Of a DNA stretch of 64,000 bases, positions 50,061-60,824 are shown piece by piece. Each line of letters opens with the position of its first letter. The first letter of the stretch is position 1. Source of the DNA: an uncultured delta proteobacterium (GTDB taxonomy: Bacteria; Myxococcota_A; Polyangia; Polyangiales; Polyangiaceae); the NCBI GenBank assembly GCA_963806225.1, contig CAWDXG010000004.1:3904001-3968000 (forward strand), read 5' to 3'. Made by a program: the position numbers and the translations under genes. Below the pieces are notes generated by a model. That model was not told the DNA's origin. It searched no databases and saw only the letters and a list, made by a program, of their open reading frames with translations.

Positions 50061-50076
50061 TGCACGGCGCGTGCCA
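50061..50076 (-). promoter_or_regulatory. Putative sigma-54 (-24/-12) promoter of the cytidylyltransferase/CDP-alcohol operon
   Basis: Minus strand reads TGGCACG-CGCC-GTGCA (GG-N10-GC), about 87 bp upstream of ATG 49974. Confidence 0.6.
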
Positions 50077-50237
50077 CTACGCAGGTGGAAACGCGAGGCC
50101 ACGATCGGCGCGCGCTCCAGGGCACGCAGCGCCGGGCAATGTCGCCCTTTTTCGGTCCGCGTGGTGGCGCTTGCAACACCCGCTGTGAAGCCAGCGCACG
50201 GATCGCGCGGCGGGCGACGCCCGCGATCGGGCCCGGG

Positions 50238-50714
50238 CTATCCCTTGAAGATGAACAGATCCGCGTCGGGATCGGTCGCGACGAACAGCGCTTCGTGGGC
50301 GTTCGGCGGGGGAACTTCTTTCGGCTTCAGCGGCCAGGCCAAGAACGCTCCGTCGTGGTCGGGCGACAGCGTGACCGCCACGCGCACAGCGTGGTGACGC
50401 ACCCGCTTCTTCGGCTCCTTCGGCGCGACGGATTCCGCCGCGACCGTTTCTGTGTCGTGCACGCTGGGAAGACGCGCAGGCGGCGGTAGCGTGCGGGGGA
50501 TCTCGAGCGCGCTGCGCAGATCGGCTCCAGCGCGCGCGAGCTGCAGAGCCCGGCTGTCCGCTCCCGCTTCGGCGGCTGCTTCCGCTGCGCGGCGGAGCCA
50601 CGAGAGCGCTGCGCGGCGGTCACCCTGCGACCAGACGGCGTTGGCTGTCTCGAGCGCCCAACGCACATCATCGCCGTCATCCGGCTCGGCAATCGGCGGT
50701 GTTTGCGTGTCCAT
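50238..50714 (-). CDS. Hypothetical protein (myxobacterial helical domain)
   Basis: DDVRWALETANAVWSQGDRRAALSWLRRAAEAA; good codon bias. Confidence 0.6.
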   Translation of the reverse strand: MDTQTPPIAEPDDGDDVRWALETANAVWSQGDRRAALSWLRRAAEAAAEAGADSRALQLARAGADLRSALEIPRTLPPPARLPSVHDTETVAAESVAPKEPKKRVRHHAVRVAVTLSPDHDGAFLAWPLKPKEVPPPNAHEALFVATDPDADLFIFKG

Positions 50715-50885
50715 GATCCACAACTCATACGCGAACTCCGGCAAGCCGGCGAGAGTCATATTCACGACCGCTACCCGCAAGAACAGCCTGGATGAAAACG
50801 AACCGGCGCGGTGTAACGCCGTGCCGGCGACACGGGTCGGAGGCAGCAATCGCGCCGGCGCGAGCTCGGCAGGCGCGAGGCCGCT

Positions 50886-52049
50886 TCAATCGCCGAACGC
50901 GAAGTACGTCGCCGAGAGCCGCCAGGTACCGCCGTCGGCGATGTTCGAGAACTTCCAGCTGAAGGTGTGCTGGCCGGCTGCAATCAGCGCCGGCGCCGCC
51001 TTGCTGGTCACGAGGTAGGGCGGCGTCATGCTCCCCGGACACCAGTTGGCGCGCGACGCCTTCACGCTCGCGATCGCTCCGCAGGGATTTTCCAGGCAGT
51101 AGTCGAAGCCGCCCGCCGACGTGTTCTGGTGCTTCAGGGTGCACAGCTTGTCGCAGTCGATGCGCCAGGGATCGAACGACGACACCGTCGCTCCGTCCAC
51201 CGACATCGTATCGGTCCGGTGACAGAACTCCTCCGCCGGCCCCTGGCACGCCGGTAGATCGCCGGCCGCGCCGCCGTGACCCGTAGCGCGGTACTCGATA
51301 CGCGCGCTGGTTGTGCCCGCGGGCACGTCGAAGCCGGGCGGCGTGATCACGTCGGTCGCGCCTTCGCTGCCGTTGTAGAGCGGCACCACCGCCAGCACGT
51401 TGCGCGGGGCCTTGCCGGGCACAACCTCGATCTTCGCCGTGACGCTCCAACCTCCGTTGGAGCCGCTCACCTTTCCCGCCGCGTCCGAGTAGGTCGAGAT
51501 GTGCGTGCGCAGCGTGTGCTTGCCGGGCAGGCCGTTCGCCACGTCGGTGATGTCGACTTCCAGATGTTCGGGGCCGCCGAACGGGGTGATGGCGCGCACC
51601 AGCTCGATCGCGGGAGGCCCGACTTTCGGATCCGCGGGATCGTCGAGCGAAAACTCGAAGTTGCGATCGAACGCGTCGCAGTCGGCCGGCCAGTTCTGCC
51701 CCGCTGGCGGCGGATCGTTCTGCCAGCTATCGAACGGGTAGCAGGTCGTCCCCAGGTCGATGATCAACTTGACGGATGCAAACGGTCCGTCCTCGAGGTC
51801 GATGTCCGCCGTGGCGTTCTGGAAGTTCGGCTTGCTGCTGTCGCTGCCGATGCGGACGTTGTCGAAGGCGTTGATGGTGTAGGGCGCTGCCGGCGCGTCG
51901 CTGCTCGCGTCGCCCGGCGTTCCGCCGCTCCCCGCATCGGCCCCCGCGGCTCCCCCGCTTCCGCCAGTGGAGGGCGACCCGGCGGGCTTCGAGCTGCACG
52001 CGCAGAGCCAGATGAGCGGGAGGAAGGCGAGCCGACGAAGCGAAGACAT
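50886..52049 (-). CDS. Peptide-N-glycosidase F-related lipoprotein
   Basis: Lipobox LCA-C; CDAFDR, ELVRAITPFG, TGHGG, EEFC, WRIDC, RANWCPG. Confidence 0.8.
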   Translation of the reverse strand: MSSLRRLAFLPLIWLCACSSKPAGSPSTGGSGGAAGADAGSGGTPGDASSDAPAAPYTINAFDNVRIGSDSSKPNFQNATADIDLEDGPFASVKLIIDLGTTCYPFDSWQNDPPPAGQNWPADCDAFDRNFEFSLDDPADPKVGPPAIELVRAITPFGGPEHLEVDITDVANGLPGKHTLRTHISTYSDAAGKVSGSNGGWSVTAKIEVVPGKAPRNVLAVVPLYNGSEGATDVITPPGFDVPAGTTSARIEYRATGHGGAAGDLPACQGPAEEFCHRTDTMSVDGATVSSFDPWRIDCDKLCTLKHQNTSAGGFDYCLENPCGAIASVKASRANWCPGSMTPPYLVTSKAAPALIAAGQHTFSWKFSNIADGGTWRLSATYFAFGD

Positions 52050-52125
52050 GCTCCCAGAGTAGCCGACGAAAAATGCGCTGGAAAGCAGCCACAATCCGGG
52101 CAGATCCAGGCTAGGCTAGCCGGCC

Positions 52126-53234
<1,109 letters not shown>

Positions 53235-53238
<4 letters not shown>

Positions 53239-55421
53239 GCAGCATCGTCCGCGGCAGCCGGCTCGTCCAGCTCGTCGCGGCGCTGCTGGTGGTGGCGCTA
53301 CCGCGCATCGCGCGCGCCGACCCGGTGATGCTCTGGCACGCCTACCGCGGCGACGAGAAGAAGGCGCTGGAAGAGGTCGTGCGCGACTTCACGCGCGACA
53401 AGGGCACGCCGGTGCAGCTGCTCCAGGTGCCGCACGACGCCTACGCCACCAAGCTCTCCGCAGCCGTGCCGCGCGGCGCGGGTCCCGAGGTCTTCATCGA
53501 CTCGCACGAGCGCTTCGGCGACTACCTCGAGCGCGGCATCGTCGCGCCCGTACCCGGTGTGAACGCCGCGCTGCGCGCCCAGTTCCCCGAGCGCGCGCTC
53601 TCGGCAGTGGAGCAGAAGGGCAAGCTGTACGGCCTGCCGCTCGCGCTGAAATGCCTCGCGCTCTACGTCAACGAAAACCTCGTAGAGCACGTCCCCGACA
53701 CGCTCGAGGGCATCGCCGCGCTGAAGGGCAAGCTGCCGAAGGGCACGTACCCGCTCGTCTACGAGGCGAGCGATATGTACTTCCACGCGACGCTCCTGCA
53801 CGCATTCGGCGGCCGGCAGATCAATCCCGACGGCAGCTTCGGCTTCGTCGGGCCCGCCGCGGTGCGCTCGGTGGATCTGGTGCACTCCTTCATCCAGCGC
53901 GGCGTGGTGCCGGAGGAGGCGACCGGCTCGCTGGTGAAGGACCTGTTCGTCAGCGGCCACGCGGCCACGGCCATGGAGGGCCCGTGGTTCGCCAGCGATC
54001 TGGGCAAGCGCGTGCCCTACCGCGTGGTGGAGCTGCCGAAGCTCGCGGCCACGGGCAAGCCGCTCCAGCCCTACCTCACGGTGGAAGCCGCGGCCCTCAC
54101 GCCGAACGGCGCAAAGGACCCGCGCGCGCTCGCGCTCCTCCACTACCTGGCCGGCGAGAAATCCGCGGAAGTCCGCGCGCGCATCGGCCGGCAGGTGGTC
54201 GCGCGCGCCGAGCTGCCCGCCGCCATCAAGGACAACCAGTTCATCGCGGCCTTCGCCCGCCAGGCGCAGACGGCCGTGGTGATGCCGTCGTCGGCGCGCA
54301 TGCGCGCGACCTGGGAGCCTGCCACACGCGCTCTGAAGAAGGTGCTGAACAGCGGCGTCGCGGCCAAGCCCGCGCTGGACGAAGCCCAGCGCCGCTTCGA
54401 CGACGTGATGCGCCCGCCGCCTCCGCCCGCGTCGCCAACGCCGATCCTGATCGTGATCGGCCTTCTGTGCCTGGTCGGCGCGGGCTTCGTGCTGCAGCGC
54501 AGCCGCAGCGGCCGGCTCGGGCCCGAGCTCAGGAAGTCGATGCCGGCCTACGCCTGGGTCGCCCACGCCGTGATCGCGGTCGGCGTGCTGGTGCTCCTGC
54601 CCATCGGCGTGGGCGCCGCGACCGCACTCTACGCCGGGCAGCCCGGGCACATGTACTACGTCGGCTTCGCCAACTTCTGGTCGATCCTGACGGCGCGCGG
54701 CGGCCCGCTGCTCGCGCACGGCTCGTTCTACCTGGTGCTGCTCGTCACCCTCCTGTGGACGGTGGCCAACATCGTGCTGCACGTCCTCATCGGCTTCTTC
54801 CTCGGCATGCTGCTGTCGCGGCCCGGGCTCAGGCTCCGGCCGCTGTACCGCGTGCTCTTGATCGTGCCGTGGGCGGTGCCTTCGTACGTCACGGCGCTGG
54901 CGTGGAAAGGCATGTTCAGCCGGCAGTTCGGCGCGGTCAGCGCGCTCCTGAAAGCGATGGGCATCGAGCCGTTTTCGTGGTGGGCGCGCTTTCCCACGGC
55001 GTTCGCCGCGGACGTCGCGACGAACGTGTGGCTCGGCTTTCCGTTCATGATGGTGGTGACGCTCGGCGCGCTCACCGCGGTGCCGAAGGACGTGCTCGAA
55101 GCCGCCGAGGTGGACGGCGCCACGCGCTGGCAACGCCTGCGCAAGGTCACCGTGCCGATGGTGCTGCCGATGATGCTGCCGGCGGTGCTGCTCGGCGCCA
55201 TCTGGACCTTCAACATGTTCAACGTCGTCTTCCTCGTCTCCGGCGGCGAGCCCGACGGCACGACAGACATCCTGGTGAGCGAAGCCTACCGCTGGGCGTT
55301 CACGCGCCAGGCGCAGTACGGCTACGCCGCGGCGTACTCGGTGCTCATCTTCGTCCTGCTTGCGTTCGGCTCGAAGATGATGAGCCGCATCGGACGCACA
55401 TCGGCGGGGGGAGCAATATGA
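53235..55421 (+). CDS. Fused maltodextrin-binding protein and permease (MalE-MalF type)
   Basis: Signal peptide; GPEVFIDSHERFG, LYGLPL, MEGPW (binding domain); then PWAVPSY, WLGFPF and EAAEVDGA (EAA loop). Confidence 0.88.
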
Positions 55422-56374
55422 GCGACCCGCGCGAGGCTCCGGACATCCACTCGGATCTGCCCGCTGGTGGCTCGGCGTCGGTGCCGGAGGCGGCCATCGC
55501 CGAAGGCGCGCACCTGGCCGAAGGCAAAAAGCCCCTGCCACACGAGCGCGAGGGCAGCCTGCTCGAGTCGGTGGCAACGCACGCGGTGATCCTCGCGGCC
55601 GTCGTGTTCGCCCTGTACCCCGTCTTGTGGGTGCTCTCGACGGCGTTCTCGTCCGGTGTGGCGCCGGAGCGGCGCATCCTGCCGGTGCCGTCGCACCCGA
55701 CGTTCGCGCACCTGATCGAGGTGCTGACGGCGCCGTCGTTCGGCATCCAGGTGATGAACTCGCTGGTGGTGTCGCTTTCGACGGCCCTGGTCGGCGTCTT
55801 GATCGCACTGCCCGCCGGCTATGCGCTGTCGCGCTACCACTTCCTCGGCAAGGAAGGCGGCATCCGCGTCCTGCTCGCCACGCAGATGTTCCCCATGGTC
55901 GCCGCCGCGGTGCCGCTCTACATCGTGCTCGCCACGCTGCACCTACTCGACACGCGCACCGGCCTCGTCCTCTGCTACGCCACCACGGCCGTGCCCTTCG
56001 CCATCTTCCAGATGCGCGGCGCATTCGACTCCATCCCGCGCGATCTGGAAGAAGCGGCCATGGTCGACGGCGCCACGCGCTTCGGCGCCTTCCGCCGCGT
56101 CGTGCTGCCCGCCGCGCGCCCGGCCATTGCCGTGACGGCCCTGTTCGCGTTCATGAGCGCGTACAACGAGTTCATCCTCGCCGCGACCATCCTCGGCAAG
56201 GAAAGCGCGCTCACCTTGCCCGTCGTGCTGCAGCGCTACGTCGGCGAGCACGATGCCGCCTGGGGCGCGTTCGCCGCCGGCTCCCTCGTCGTATCGATAC
56301 CGGTGATGGCGCTGTTCTACGTCGCCCAGCGACATCTCGTTGCCGGACTGACGGCGGGTGGCGTGAAGGGGTGA
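55418..56374 (+). CDS. malG: Sugar ABC transporter permease (MalG type)
   Basis: QMFP, FDSIPRDLEEAAMVDGA, NEFILA, GLTAGGVKG. Confidence 0.9.
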   Translation: MSDPREAPDIHSDLPAGGSASVPEAAIAEGAHLAEGKKPLPHEREGSLLESVATHAVILAAVVFALYPVLWVLSTAFSSGVAPERRILPVPSHPTFAHLIEVLTAPSFGIQVMNSLVVSLSTALVGVLIALPAGYALSRYHFLGKEGGIRVLLATQMFPMVAAAVPLYIVLATLHLLDTRTGLVLCYATTAVPFAIFQMRGAFDSIPRDLEEAAMVDGATRFGAFRRVVLPAARPAIAVTALFAFMSAYNEFILAATILGKESALTLPVVLQRYVGEHDAAWGAFAAGSLVVSIPVMALFYVAQRHLVAGLTAGGVKG

Positions 56375-56406
56375 TCGGAGTCGCCGCCGGCCGCCACTGT
56401 CGTTGG

Positions 56407-56435
56407 TTGACGCGACGGGCGCGGTCCCGTAGAAA
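56407..56435 (+). promoter_or_regulatory. Possible sigma-70 promoter of the nitrogenase-like operon
   Basis: TTGACG-N17-TAGAAA; the -10 is imperfect. Confidence 0.3.
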
Positions 56436-56480
56436 TAGTCGACTGTGCGTAGATGCCCGAGGTCCCGATAGGTCAGCGCG

Positions 56481-57308
56481 ATGAGCCGTAATCTGGCCTT
56501 CTACGGCAAGGGCGGCATCGGCAAGTCGACGGTCTCGTCCACGCTCGCGGTGCTCTTCGCCGAGGATGGCAACCGCGTGCTCCTCGTCGGCTGCGATCCG
56601 AAGCACGACACCTCGTACAAGGTGGTGGAGGAACGCCCGGTCCGCACCGTCATGGACCTGCTCCGACGGAGTGGCGGCGCATCCGTGGCGCGGAGCGACG
56701 TGCTCGTCCCGGCACGCGTTCCGGGATTGACCTGCATCGAGACGGGCGGTCCGGAGCCGGGTGTCGGGTGCGCGGGGCGGGGCATCACACGGATGTTCGA
56801 GCTGTTGGCGGAGCTCGGGCTGCCGGGTGACGACTTCGACGTGGTGATCTACGACGTGCTCGGGGATGTGGTCTGCGGCGGGTTCGCGGCGCCGATCCGC
56901 GGCGGCCACGCCGAGGAGGTCTACGTCGTCGCGTCGGGAGAGGTGATGTCTCTCTACGCCGCCAACAACATCTGCCGCGCGGTCGAGAACTTGAAGCGCT
57001 CGGGCGGGCGCCTGCGCGGCCTGGTGCCGAATCTGCGAGGGCTCCCCATCGAGGAGAAGGTGCTCACCGGCTTCTCCGCAGCAACAGGCGTGCGACTCCT
57101 GCCGGGCATTCCCCGCGACCCGCTGGTCCAGGAGGCCGAGACGGCGGCGCGGACGATCATCGAATACGCGCCGGACTCGGCCACGGCGCGCCGCTACCGC
57201 GAGGTCTACGCGGCGCTCCACCAAACGGACGCGACGGCGATCCCCGCGCCCCATCCTCTCGATGATGATGGGTTCGAGCAGTTCATCGCCGAGACGCGCA
57301 ACTACTAG
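56481..57308 (+). CDS. Nitrogenase iron-protein homolog (NifH/BchL/CfbC superfamily)
   Basis: [60 protein letters not shown]; both [4Fe-4S] Cys intact. Confidence 0.95.
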   Translation: MSRNLAFYGKGGIGKSTVSSTLAVLFAEDGNRVLLVGCDPKHDTSYKVVEERPVRTVMDLLRRSGGASVARSDVLVPARVPGLTCIETGGPEPGVGCAGRGITRMFELLAELGLPGDDFDVVIYDVLGDVVCGGFAAPIRGGHAEEVYVVASGEVMSLYAANNICRAVENLKRSGGRLRGLVPNLRGLPIEEKVLTGFSAATGVRLLPGIPRDPLVQEAETAARTIIEYAPDSATARRYREVYAALHQTDATAIPAPHPLDDDGFEQFIAETRNY

Positions 57309-57320
57309 CGATACCCCGCG

Positions 57321-59431
57321 ATGGCGAAAGTTCATCGAAACCAGCCGGACGAGTTCTTTGCTTGGCTCGGTCGGGCAGTCGGCACACGCGGGCCATTCAC
57401 TTGCCGCGGCGTGAAATGCGATCTCGACGGCACGCTGACCTTCGAGCTTTGGACCGGAGAGCAGGAGGTCGCGGTGTCCTGGCGGGTCGCTGCGCCGCGA
57501 CCCGACGAACTTCCGTACCGGGATGGCTCGATCTCGATCGAAGGCAGCGATCCTCTGCAGCCCGCCATCCCCGACGCCGCCATGGGCCAGGTGACGCGTT
57601 CGCTCGATGCGATCCTCGCCAGATGGCGCTTGGGCTTTCTCGACCGGCGCAACCGCGAGCTCCGGACTGTAGAGCTGGGCGACCATTTCGTCCGCTCCGT
57701 CTTCGGCGAGCTGCTCTCGCCTGGCAAGACCCGCTGCGGCGCATGGCGCTTTCAGGAGTCCTCCTCGACGCCTGCGGGCGTGACGCTCTGCTTCGGCGGC
57801 CCTGCCGATCCCCTCGAGCTGCGGGTGCAGGCGGTCGGTTCCCCGGTGGACGACGGCCGCGTGGTGAACACCTATGGGCCCCTCGCGCTGGTTATGCCGA
57901 CCGGCATCGAAGAACGCCAGGACGCGGACCGCGTGCTGAACCACGTCGGCTACGTGCTTGCGCTCTCGGTGCCCCCGGACGTCAAGCTCGTTGCGCGCCC
58001 GGACGCCGACGCGGCTCCGGTCGCGTCACCGGCCGACGACAAGGCGGCGCGGGAGCCCGACCCGCGCCAGCCCGACGACGACAGGGCCAACCCGTTCTTC
58101 TATGACGGGTTCAACAGCGCGGCCATGCTGTTGTCCGCGATCTCGGCGAGCCGCGGGCGCGTCGTGGCCGTCATGCACACGGACCGCGAGTGCGTTGGCT
58201 TCACCTCGTATCTCGGCGGAACGGTCGAGACACCTCAGCTCTCGCGGCTCGGTGTCCGGCCCACCGGCGACTACGTGCGGCGCCTTCGCATCGTAGACAC
58301 GAACGACCTCGACGCGATCATGACGGGAGGCGAGGGCAGGCTCACATCCCTGGCCCGCGAGGAGGTGCAGAGGGATCCGCCGCCGGACCTGCTTCTGGTG
58401 CTTGGAACCTGCGTATCGCGGGTCATCGGGGACGAAGTCGAGCGGGCGGTGCAGGACAGCGGCGCGCCGGAGGCCGGCGTCCGCACCGTGTGGCTGGAGG
58501 CGACCGCGTCGGAGGACCAGCAGGCGCGGACCCTGTGGGTGCGGCTCTGCGAGATGTTCCAGTCGCCTCGCACGGACGACGATGGTCCCGCCGTCAACCT
58601 CCTGGGGTATGGATACTGGCGCAATGAGGACCATGCGGAGATCGAGAACCTGCTCGCGAGCGTCGGGATTCGCCGCAACGCGAGCTTGATCCCCACGTTC
58701 GACATCGCGGAGCTGAAGCACCTCGGTGACGCGGACGTAAACCTCGTCCTACCGGCGGACCACGTTCGCGACTCGCTGGCGTGGGTAGGGCCCAGAATGC
58801 AGGCACCGCTGCTCGAGCCCCCCCGCCCTTCGGGATTGCGCAGACGCGGGCCTGGATCGATGCGACGCTGCAGTTCTTCGATCGCGAGCCGGTGACGGAT
58901 GAATGGATGGCCCGACACTTTGGCCCGCTGGAGGGGCGGTGGGCCCGTCTCGTTCGTGCTGCAACCGAGCTGCGCATTGCGGTCGTGCTCCGGTCGGACC
59001 GCTTCGGGGGCCTCGCGCCGCTCGAGCGCGGCGGTGTTCCCTGGTTCGATCTGGTGCGCGAGATGGGATTTGGTCTCGACGTATTCGTCATCCCGCCACC
59101 CGGGCAGACGGTCGCATCCGAGCATCAGGAGCGGGCGCTCTCGGGCGTGCGCCTGTTGCTGGAGGCCGAGGGCGGCCACACGGTGACCTGGGTCGAGTCC
59201 ATGCAGGAGCTGCGCGAGCGCCTGCTCGAGTCCGATTGCCAGCTCTGCTACACGGAGGTCCCACAAGATCGGCGCGTCCTCTCCGCAGGCATGGTGCCCT
59301 TCAACTACACCGACTTCAGCATGGGCTTTCAGGGAGCGACGCGCTCCCTCGAACGTCTGGTCCAACGAGGCCGCACGCCGTTCTTCCGGCGGTACGGCTC
59401 GAAGATCCCCTGCCCGGACTGGGGCGAATGA
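57321..59431 (+). CDS. Divergent nitrogenase component-1-like subunit with extra N-terminal domain (split by a -1 frameshift at C7 run 58818-58824)
   Basis: HTDREC, DLDAIMTGGEGRL, GTCVSRVIGDE, VNLLGY. After the shift: PFGIAQTRAWI and MGFQGATRSLERL. Adding one C gives about 703 aa ending in an ATGA overlap with the next gene. Confidence 0.8.
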
Positions 59432-60735
59432 CGGCGCGAACGCACCTTCCGACCACGGCGACCGTGATCGACGGATTGCTCACGCTCGCCAACGCGGTCC
59501 CGGACCTGGGCATGATCATCGACTGCGCCGACTGCGGCGAGGAGAAGTTCGCCAAGATCGGACTGCAGCACGACCTGATGTCTTCGCTCACGGACTATTC
59601 GTCGGGTCACCGCGTGCGCTTCAGCGACCTGCGTGCCCACGACATGGTCTTCGGCACCGAGTCGAAAGTGGCGGAGGCGGTGCGCGCTCTCGTCCGCCAG
59701 CGCCACTCGAAGCTCGTTCTACTCGTGCCGTCGAGCGTCGCGTTGCTGCTTGCGAGCGACCTGCCGGCCATCGCCGCCGATCTCGAAGAGGAGCTGGGCG
59801 TGCCGGTTGCCGCCGTTTCCGCGCGACCGCTGTCCGGGGACTACCTCGAGGGCTTCGAGGTCGGGCTCGAGGCGCTCGCGAACAAGGTCGTCCTGGAGGC
59901 GCCAGCGGATGGCGGCGTCGAGGTCGGGCTCGTCGGCTATGTCTTCGAGCGGTTCGAGGAGGACCAGCGGGCCAACGTCCGCGAACTGCGGCGCCTGCTC
60001 CGGGGCCTCGACCGCGAGGTTTCCGCGGTATGGCTCGACGGTGCGCGGGCGCAGGAGCTCGGCTCCATCGGCCGCGCCGGGACGCTCCTTTCGATGCCGG
60101 GTGGTCGACGGGCGGCGGAAGTGATCGCGCGACGAGGTGGCGCCCGCGTCGTCGAATGCGGCCTACCCATCGGGCTCGACGGCACGGCGCGCTGGCTGAC
60201 CGGCGTGGGCGAGGCGCTGGGCTGCGCCGACCTCGCCGCTCGTTTCATCGAGCAGGAGCTCGGACTGATCGTACCCAGGATCGAGCGCGCCGTGCGGCGC
60301 GACCTGCTCGGGCGCAGTGTCGTGGTCGCGGGCGGCCCGCACTACGTGGCCGAACTCGCGGAGTTTTTGGCAGAGCTCGGACTGGTCGTGCGACTCGTGC
60401 TGGTCCAGAGCCGCAGCGAGGCGGACGGAGAGCAGATTGGCGAGCGCCTACGCCGCTGCGGTCAAGAACCGGAGATCCTCGTCGATCCCACCGTACCGCT
60501 GGTGGAGGACGCACTGACCGAGCTGGCGAAGGCTGCGCCAGTGGACGTCATCGTCGGCTCCGGCAGCGCGCGCGACGCCGCCAAGCCACTGCGGATCCCC
60601 TATGTCGAGATCTCCTACCCTTGCTACGTGCGGCACGCCCTGTTCGACGCGCCATGGCTCGGTTTCCGCGGAGCGCTGTGGCTCACGGACGCCATCGCCG
60701 GCCGGTTGAGCGAAGCTTCGTACATCAGGTACTAG
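59428..60735 (+). CDS. Divergent nitrogenase component-1-like subunit (NifK/NifN/BchN-B fold)
   Basis: IIDCADC, DMVFGTESKV, DYLEG, LPIGLDGTARWL, FLAELGL, DVIVGSG, ISYP, PWLGFRGA. Confidence 0.85.
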   Translation: MTARTHLPTTATVIDGLLTLANAVPDLGMIIDCADCGEEKFAKIGLQHDLMSSLTDYSSGHRVRFSDLRAHDMVFGTESKVAEAVRALVRQRHSKLVLLVPSSVALLLASDLPAIAADLEEELGVPVAAVSARPLSGDYLEGFEVGLEALANKVVLEAPADGGVEVGLVGYVFERFEEDQRANVRELRRLLRGLDREVSAVWLDGARAQELGSIGRAGTLLSMPGGRRAAEVIARRGGARVVECGLPIGLDGTARWLTGVGEALGCADLAARFIEQELGLIVPRIERAVRRDLLGRSVVVAGGPHYVAELAEFLAELGLVVRLVLVQSRSEADGEQIGERLRRCGQEPEILVDPTVPLVEDALTELAKAAPVDVIVGSGSARDAAKPLRIPYVEISYPCYVRHALFDAPWLGFRGALWLTDAIAGRLSEASYIRY

Positions 60736-60764
60736 CCGTCGAACGGCTCGCATCACGATGAAGG
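60639..60764 (+). repeat. Direct repeat copy 1 (3' end of the component-1 gene plus downstream ~30 bp)
   Basis: cctgttcgacgcgccatggctcggtttccg...catcaggtactag...cacgatgaagg; matches 62036-62155. Confidence 0.9.
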
Positions 60765-60824
60765 GAAGATGGGCTGGGTATTCCGCGCACTTCGGAAATC
60801 GCGCGACCGGCCGTTGGTACCATC

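Noticed and set aside
56481..60735. True nitrogen-fixation (nifHDK) cluster
   Set aside because: P-cluster Cys sets are incomplete, FeMoco ligand motifs are not recognisable, and nifE/N/B are absent from the window.
56481..60735. Protochlorophyllide/chlorophyllide reductase or CfbCD
   Set aside because: No photosynthesis or F430 genes nearby, and the ligand pattern differs from BchN/BchB. Not formally excluded without a tree.
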